Origin: Candidatus Bathyarchaeia archaeon
GTDB lineage: Archaea; Thermoproteota; Bathyarchaeia; Bathyarchaeales; Bathycorpusculaceae
NCBI GenBank assembly: GCA_038883795.1
Contig: JAVZLK010000042.1
Location: 1-12,486 of the forward strand
Length of the DNA: 12,486 nt
Reading direction: 5' to 3'
In this document: in pieces, positions 7,179 through 12,486 of the stretch
Numbering within the stretch: position 1 is the stretch's first letter
Layout: every line of letters begins with the position of its first letter
Position numbers and translations under genes: made by a program
The notes under the pieces: generated by a model
The model's database searches: none
The model's input: only the letters and a program-made list of their open reading frames with translations
What the model was told of the DNA's origin: nothing

Positions 7179-7235
7179 CAATTGCCACGGAATAAAGAAT
7201 TTTAAAAACTTTTCACTAGGTAATTAGCCGGAAAA

Positions 7236-8192
7236 ATGTCCCGCAAACTGCATGTCTCCGTATCGTTTATTGCTATTCTTCTTGGAGCATTTATCATAGG
7301 ATTTGCAATAATTAGCCAAAGGAGACATGAAGAATATTTTTCAACTCCAGAGAAACATGGTGAGAACCCACCTCAACCGCTCACGACACCTATCCTCACT
7401 GCTTATTTGCATGAAGTGAATGGTTATTGGACCAGAGATTCTAATTTGGATTTGCCGGTGTACATTACTAATGTTGAGTTTTCTTTGAGGAATTATGGAA
7501 ATGGCAATGCTGAAAATGTAAACGTGGTGGTTAAAGTTGAGGGGGTAACATATTTAGAGCGAACAGTTCCATTATTAAGACCCTATGAGGAGTGCTCGGA
7601 TTCATTCAGTTTAGAAATAGTCTATGACACCTCAAAAACAATCAGCTTATATGCTTCATGCATGGAATCATCAGATTCTGCCATAATGACAGTTAGCGCC
7701 GTCCTGCCACGTTATTTTGACTCTAATTTATGTATGTTGTTCATAACTCCAAATGAGGCTAACGTTGTCCAAATTAAAAACCAAATTTTAAGCAACAAGT
7801 TTCCCTTAATCCCCAACTGGGTGGCGTTAAGGGATTGGGTGGGGAATAGTGTCACATATCAGTATGATTCAAACGCTTATGGAACTAATGATTATTGGCA
7901 ACTGCCAAAAGAGACGCTTCAGCTAAGAACTGGTGATTGTGAAGACTTTGCAATTCTTCTATGTTCCCTTTTACGTGCTGACGGATGGTCTCCTAACGAT
8001 GTCTATGTAGTTATAGGTAAGAACAATAACAATCAATATCATGCATGGGTAAAAATAAACCTTGGCATTTTAGGCTGGTACAATATTGAACCTCAACAAA
8101 ACGGATGGAGCACTATTATCGGTGACTTCCTGTCGCTTTCTGGATATGAGGCAATATGCTATTTTAACGACTCTCAATATCATACAACCTGA
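7236..8192 (+). CDS. N-terminally membrane-anchored transglutaminase-like cysteine proteinase (BTLCP/C93-like) with a CARDB/Ig-like domain
   Basis: TM helix at aa 7-26, Pro-rich linker, and Ig-like 'LRNYGNGNAENVNVVVKV'. 'DYWQLPKETL...GDCEDFAIL' gives C235, 'YHAWV' gives H269 and 'IEP' gives E285. TATA-like TTTAAAAA near 7201. Confidence 0.9.
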   Translation: MSRKLHVSVSFIAILLGAFIIGFAIISQRRHEEYFSTPEKHGENPPQPLTTPILTAYLHEVNGYWTRDSNLDLPVYITNVEFSLRNYGNGNAENVNVVVKVEGVTYLERTVPLLRPYEECSDSFSLEIVYDTSKTISLYASCMESSDSAIMTVSAVLPRYFDSNLCMLFITPNEANVVQIKNQILSNKFPLIPNWVALRDWVGNSVTYQYDSNAYGTNDYWQLPKETLQLRTGDCEDFAILLCSLLRADGWSPNDVYVVIGKNNNNQYHAWVKINLGILGWYNIEPQQNGWSTIIGDFLSLSGYEAICYFNDSQYHTT

Positions 8193-8210
8193 AAAAGTGA
8201 ATGAAATATT

Positions 8211-8438
8211 TTAGGGAATTGTACCTTTATGGGGAGCATTAATCTTCTTTCTCAACAATCTTAACGTCTTTATGAAATTTTCCATGGTATTCTTCATTCT
8301 GGCAAAATATTCTAGCTTTCCAGTTTCGTCAAACATTATAGCCGCAGATAAGCATTCATCAATGCATCGCCGAAGCGCAACTCTATCTTCCTTAGTTAAC
8401 TTTGCAACTATACGCTGCGCTTTTTCAATTTCATCCAT
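8211..8438 (-). CDS. Small alpha-helical hypothetical protein (75 aa)
   Basis: ATG start and amphipathic charged helices. Co-oriented downstream of the ATPase and fits the gap without overlap. Confidence 0.65.
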   Translation of the reverse strand: MDEIEKAQRIVAKLTKEDRVALRRCIDECLSAAIMFDETGKLEYFARMKNTMENFIKTLRLLRKKINAPHKGTIP

Positions 8439-8531
8439 TCTTACCGCAATAAATTATCACCAACAATTACAAATGTTTTTTCCGTTCGTCCTGCAAGCAA
8501 CATTACTCGAATCAATTAATTCAAGTAAACA

Positions 8532-10042
8532 TTATGCAAGCAAAAGAAAGATGCTAAGAGGAACAACCACATACCTCTTTCCCGCTTCAAATCGGGTTCT
8601 CGATGTAATAATTCCAAAGTCATAAGAGCGCCCTGTTTTCATGAAATTATATATTCCCCTTGCGTCATCTTTCTGGATATTGTCAGAGTACTTGACTTCT
8701 ATCGGCAAAAACTTGCCCTCCAACTCAATTACAAAGTCAACTTCAGTCTTTTTATCTTTCCAATAGAAAACATAGTTTGACGGGTCAAAGAGGGAGCTGG
8801 GATATAAGTTAAACATAAAACGAGAAAGATGATTACTAACTACACACTCTATTAACTTACTCTTGTTCTCCAACGAGCTCAGAAAAATTTTACTTAAATC
8901 AAATGCCTTCTTGCCATAAACCCAGCCCCTACAAGCATGAAATATGAATGGGTCTTGAAAGTAAATTTTCTTATTGCTTACATAATCAGCCGACCCCTTT
9001 CCTATATCTAATTGATAAAAGTATGAAAGCACAAAACTATCTTTTAGTATATTTACATAAGATTCCGCCGTTTTGGGGTCTCTAATATCTGTTCCTTCTT
9101 TAAGTTGATTCCAACTAATGTGGGATGAGAGAACTTCAAATATCCTTCGCAATATTTGCCTTGCATAAATTTCTTCATGCTTCCATCTGCAAACATCCCG
9201 TACCATCAAGCTTACGAAAGTAGCGTAAGTATCTTCGGCTATTTCCCGTTTTGAAATGTATTGATGTATAGCTTGAGGTATTCCACCAGTAACTAAAAAT
9301 TGGTCTAAAAGGAGTTCTAATTCTCTAGTAAAGAGAGCAAGCCTTTTCAACTCTAGTGGTATTTTGCCATGAGCAAGTTCAATTAATATTTTGCTTCGGT
9401 TTTTAAGCGACAAAAGCCATAATCCTCGTAGCTCATTGGATAATGTGGGCTCAAGGGTTTCTACGTATTCTGAAAATTTTGCTGGAAGCAGTATCTTATC
9501 GGGGGTCCCGTATTTTAGCCTTTCAATTTTACCTCTTCTGCCAGAAGCGACTCTGACCCTTTTCGAAGGTCTATGCTATGAGAACCTGTTAAGATGACAG
9601 TGCACTCTCTAAATTTTCCGGAGTCTATAAGCAGTTTTATAGCCTTTTGCCACTCAGCTAGCATGGAAACCTCATCGATAAAGAGATACGCCCATTTTTC
9701 AGCTTTCCTTTGTTGAGCTAGGTAATTGTCAATTGCTGTAAACAACTGTTTTGGGGTTTCTATCGCATCGCATGGAAAATAAAAAATGTTCTCTGGAGGG
9801 ACGCCTTCTTCTAGAAGCTTTTTTATCCTTAGTTTTAGTAAAGTAGTTTTGCCAACTCTTCTGGGACCCCTTAGAACATATATAACTTCTTCGTTCTCAA
9901 TAGTTTCACTTAATCTAGGGGTCCACTTGAAAGCTGATTGCGACCAATCTTGGATGTTTACATCCTCATCAGGGAACTTTTTTGTTCTCCACCATTCATT
10001 CCAATAGGCTAGCTCGCTTATACTTAAATTCGTGATGGACAT
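8532..10042 (-). CDS. AAA_14-family ATPase with C-terminal DUF4143 (PD-(D/E)xK) domain; one gene split by a frameshift near 9545
   Basis: Walker A GPRRVGKT, Walker B YLFIDE and sensor 'LTGS'. Restoring one T (TCG CTT [T]CT GGC AGA AGA) gives ESLSGRRGKIERLKYGTPDKILLPAKFSEYV...LWLLSLKNRSK, which joins track ORFs 9515-10042 and 8532-9413. Also 'TGGIP', 'KKIYFQDP' and 'EVDFVIELEGKFLPIEVK'. About 503 aa. Confidence 0.92.
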
Positions 10043-10043
10043 G

Positions 10044-10098
10044 TTTGGAATTTATTCCTAAATTACTTATAAAATTTTTTGGAATACATTCCTAAATT
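10044..10098 (-). promoter_or_regulatory. ATPase promoter: TATA box flanked by two palindromic 21-bp direct repeats
   Basis: TTTGGAATTTATTCCTAAATT (10044-10064) and TTTGGAATACATTCCTAAATT (10078-10098) are 19/21 identical and each contains GGAAT-N2-ATTCC. Minus-strand TTTTATAAG (about 10066-10074) lies between them, 24-32 nt upstream of the ATG at 10042. Confidence 0.8.
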
Positions 10099-10147
10099 TA
10101 ATTTAAACAAGTGGAATGTGCTTGAAAATTGGCTAAAAATAGTGCTC

Positions 10148-10306
10148 TTAGAACCTGATTTCTCCTTTTTCAATTAATTCTTTCACTTTCATTATGGCGT
10201 ATTGGACGGCGTGGCTTCTGTCTGCGAAATAGCCTTTTTCTACTTGTTCATCTATCCATCTTATGAGTTCTGGTAGGATGCTGACTGTTAGTTTGACTTT
10301 TACCAT
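10148..10306 (-). CDS. Ribbon-helix-helix (CopG-family) protein, 52 aa
   Basis: Manual translation: MVKVKLTVSILPELIRWIDEQVEKGYFADRSHAVQYAIMKVKELIEKGEIRF*. Classic archaeal RHH pattern (KLTVSI ribbon; G-x-F-x-x-RS-x-A-V-x-x-A-I). Too short for the ORF track. Confidence 0.9.
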   Translation of the reverse strand: MVKVKLTVSILPELIRWIDEQVEKGYFADRSHAVQYAIMKVKELIEKGEIRF

Positions 10307-10458
10307 TTTAATCCTGTGGAAATCGTATGAGTTGTTCGATGTTTAGGGCTTATCTGTGATTGTAAGCATTTGTAAGTAAAAGTTATAAGCATGAAAGTTA
10401 ATATTAGTGTATAGTAAGACATAATACAGTCTACTCCAAGAATAAAAGTGGGTGAATA

Positions 10459-12315
10459 ATGTCGCCCCCATGCCCAGACTCAATCGCCATTAGAAAGAGA
10501 AGCCTCATCACAGAGATTTTTGTGCTTTCTATTTTATTATCATTGTTTCTCGGCCTAACTCTCCCGCAAACTTACGCTTCTACTTCCACATACAAGTTTA
10601 CGTACACTTTTTACGTTGAAAATGGTTGGTTATGGGAGTATTGGGAGCCACACACTCTTTACGTTTCTATTACCCAATCACTGTATGATTATTATAAGGG
10701 GAGAGACCACAGTTGCTATTCTAGGAGCGATTACTTGAAATTTATTACACCAGATGCGGTTAGACCCATCGCCGATAGAATTTGGAGTATTTGTCAAAGC
10801 CAATCCCACAGCGAAGAACAATTTGCCAATGCAGTTTTAATGGTTGTTCATCAAATCCCCTATGTTGTAAGTAGCCCAAAATATCCTGTCGAAACTATCG
10901 TGGAGAATTCCGGGGACTGCGACGTTTTCTCTTTATTGGCTGCCTCTATTATGAAGGCTAAGGGAATGGATGTCGTATTGTTTGATTGGACAGACAAGGC
11001 GCATATGAACATTGGAGTGTATCTCTCGGAAACTCCCGTGTATGCTAGAGGGGGCTCTGTGTGGTACATCTCTTACAACTCTAAAAGGTATTACATTGCG
11101 GAATGTACTGGATATTGTAGTGGTGCAAATGCTACCTCTGGATGGCGAGTAGGCGAATGCCCCGACGATTTAAAGCAAGCATCCGCAACCATAATCCCTC
11201 TGAATAACGTTGAAATGTCTTCACCCGCACAAGTTTCCGCAAGCGTCGACGCTGATTTATCTACCTCATATTTTGCCACGTTAACTCGCTCGCCTTCACC
11301 TCCCTATTATGTTGGACAACAGATACAAATTCAAGGCACTATTTCCCCTGCCCACGTGGGGAAAAACGTAGTTCTTTACTGTCGGAAAGGAACTGGTTCT
11401 TGGACTGTATTGAGTACGACCACTATGGATTCTTCCGGGGCTTTTTCATTCACATTCACTTTTAGTTCTGTTGGAACCTATTATTTGCGGGCAAGCTGGA
11501 GTGGAGATGCTGACCATGAAGGTGCTGACAGTTCCATTCTCAGTTTTGATGTCTCTCTTGCGCCGTCAAGCATATACTTAACGTTATCTGCTTCAACAAT
11601 TTACATTGGAGAAACCGTTACTATTACGGGGTATATATCGCCAATTCACTCTTATCAAACCATAAACTTGTACTATAGCATAGACGGGGAAGACTGGCTT
11701 CTTTTGACACAAGTTGATACAAATATTGACGGCTACTTTTCATATCAATGGGCTCCGACGCTTGCAGAAACTTTTTACATAAAGGCTGTGTGGCTTGGGG
11801 ATTCCGACCATCAAGGCGCCACCAGCGAAGTGCAAACCATCATAGTTAATAAAGCAATGTCAACGCTCACGTTATTGTTATCTTCATCCAACATAAACCT
11901 TGGAAACACGGTTATACTGTCCGGAGAAATAACGCCGATACACCAATGTGCAAGTGTAGATTTGTACGTTAGCGAAAATGGATATCAATGGAACCTTCTC
12001 GCAACCGTAATAACAGACACACAAGGTCGTTATGTCTATCAATGGACCCCGACATCAACGGGAACATACTACTTAAAAGCACATTGGCTTGGTGATACAG
12101 ACCACACAGGAGATGAAAGTAACATTTCTACGTTGCAAGTGGCTTATTCTCCAACAAGCCCGGATGACCAGGGAACACCGAATCCTCCAAGTCCTCCGAC
12201 ACCACCAGATAACCAAGGTTCAGAGAGCTATATCCCAACATATCTCCCAATGGTTTTAATAGCAGCACTTATGATTGGAGTTGGGCTATTATTTATATGG
12301 CGAAAAAGGATTTAG
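10459..12315 (+). CDS. Secreted, C-terminally anchored transglutaminase-like protease with three Ig-like repeats
   Basis: GGTGA RBS and signal peptide ending TYA (aa 40). 'KYPVETIV...GDCDVFS' gives C154, 'AHMNIGV' gives H182 and 'YIAECT' gives E215. Then three Ig-like repeats, a Pro-rich stalk, and a TM helix with an RKR tail. Confidence 0.9.
   Translation: MSPPCPDSIAIRKRSLITEIFVLSILLSLFLGLTLPQTYASTSTYKFTYTFYVENGWLWEYWEPHTLYVSITQSLYDYYKGRDHSCYSRSDYLKFITPDAVRPIADRIWSICQSQSHSEEQFANAVLMVVHQIPYVVSSPKYPVETIVENSGDCDVFSLLAASIMKAKGMDVVLFDWTDKAHMNIGVYLSETPVYARGGSVWYISYNSKRYYIAECTGYCSGANATSGWRVGECPDDLKQASATIIPLNNVEMSSPAQVSASVDADLSTSYFATLTRSPSPPYYVGQQIQIQGTISPAHVGKNVVLYCRKGTGSWTVLSTTTMDSSGAFSFTFTFSSVGTYYLRASWSGDADHEGADSSILSFDVSLAPSSIYLTLSASTIYIGETVTITGYISPIHSYQTINLYYSIDGEDWLLLTQVDTNIDGYFSYQWAPTLAETFYIKAVWLGDSDHQGATSEVQTIIVNKAMSTLTLLLSSSNINLGNTVILSGEITPIHQCASVDLYVSENGYQWNLLATVITDTQGRYVYQWTPTSTGTYYLKAHWLGDTDHTGDESNISTLQVAYSPTSPDDQGTPNPPSPPTPPDNQGSESYIPTYLPMVLIAALMIGVGLLFIWRKRI
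11260..12147 (+). repeat. Three intragenic ~98-aa Ig-like (Big_3-type) repeats
   Basis: Repeat-end motifs YYLRASWSGDADHEGADS / FYIKAVWLGDSDHQGATS / YYLKAHWLGDTDHTGDES recur at 294-nt spacing, each preceded by 'G-x-I-S/T-P-x-H'. Confidence 0.85.
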
Positions 12316-12364
12316 AACTAAATTTTTGAATAATGGGCATGTAGCAGAAGGAAGCGAAAACTTT

Positions 12365-12486
12365 CTAAATTTGTTCTTTAATTCTTTGAAGTTCTGTGCT
12401 AGAAAGCCCATAAAGCTCAGCAACGAGCTCATCAATTTCATTCTCAATGTGGGATAACGCTTTTTTGTCATCTTTTTCTGCATAAT
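12365..12486 (-). CDS. C-terminal end of a probable N6-adenine methyltransferase / Type IIG-like restriction-modification enzyme (5' part outside the window)
   Basis: The minus-strand frame open from the window edge reads ...YAEKDDKKALSHIENEIDELVAELYGLSSTELQRIKEQI* (TAG at 12365-12367). 'EIDxLVxxLYGL(S/T)xxE' is the typical C-terminal signature of Type IIG RM proteins. Only 39 aa are visible. Confidence 0.75.
   Translation of the reverse strand, partial: YAEKDDKKALSHIENEIDELVAELYGLSSTELQRIKEQI

Noticed and set aside
8239-8266. Possible third homopolymer frameshift giving the 75-aa gene an alternative end (TLKIVEKED*)
   Set aside because: The existing frame is open and terminates normally, and there is no independent evidence without homologues.
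10044-10098. 21-bp direct repeat pair as a mini-CRISPR or att sites
   Set aside because: The 13-bp spacer is too short and contains the TATA box. Better explained as paired operators.
8272-11279. Track ORFs 8272-8625(+), 9391-9597(+), 9786-10007(+), 10860-11069(-) and 11091-11279(-)
   Set aside because: Antisense shadows of the 75-aa gene, the ATPase and the surface protease.
12275-12483. Track ORFs 12275-12457(+) and 12289-12483(-)
   Set aside because: A different minus-strand frame ending at 12365 carries a recognisable RM C-terminal motif, so these are off-frame or antisense shadows.

Overview
AT-rich window that looks archaeal: BRE-TATA promoters, GGTGA/GGTG ribosome-binding sites and several TTG/GTG starts. 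The gene style resembles Bathyarchaeia, which is an inference. It reads as the edge of a mobile/defence island. At the left edge is a His-rich PadR regulator (missed by the ORF track) with a palindromic operator. The core is a wHTH regulator divergent from a tightly packed five-gene operon: RHH protein, RHH-coiled-coil-wHTH protein, intact tyrosine recombinase, a 530-aa triple-wHTH + PD-(D/E)xK-type nuclease, and a C2-C2 zinc-finger protein, with short tandem arrays upstream of both RHH genes. The right half holds two surface-anchored transglutaminase-like cysteine proteases, an AAA_14/DUF4143 ATPase with twin operators, a 52-aa RHH gene (missed by the track), and the 3' end of a probable Type IIG-like restriction-modification gene (track shows the wrong frame). 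Two genes are split by single-base deletions in short homopolymers, probably sequencing errors. GATC is almost absent. No tRNA, rRNA, CRISPR array or att site was recognised. All family calls come from reading motifs by eye, not from database searches.
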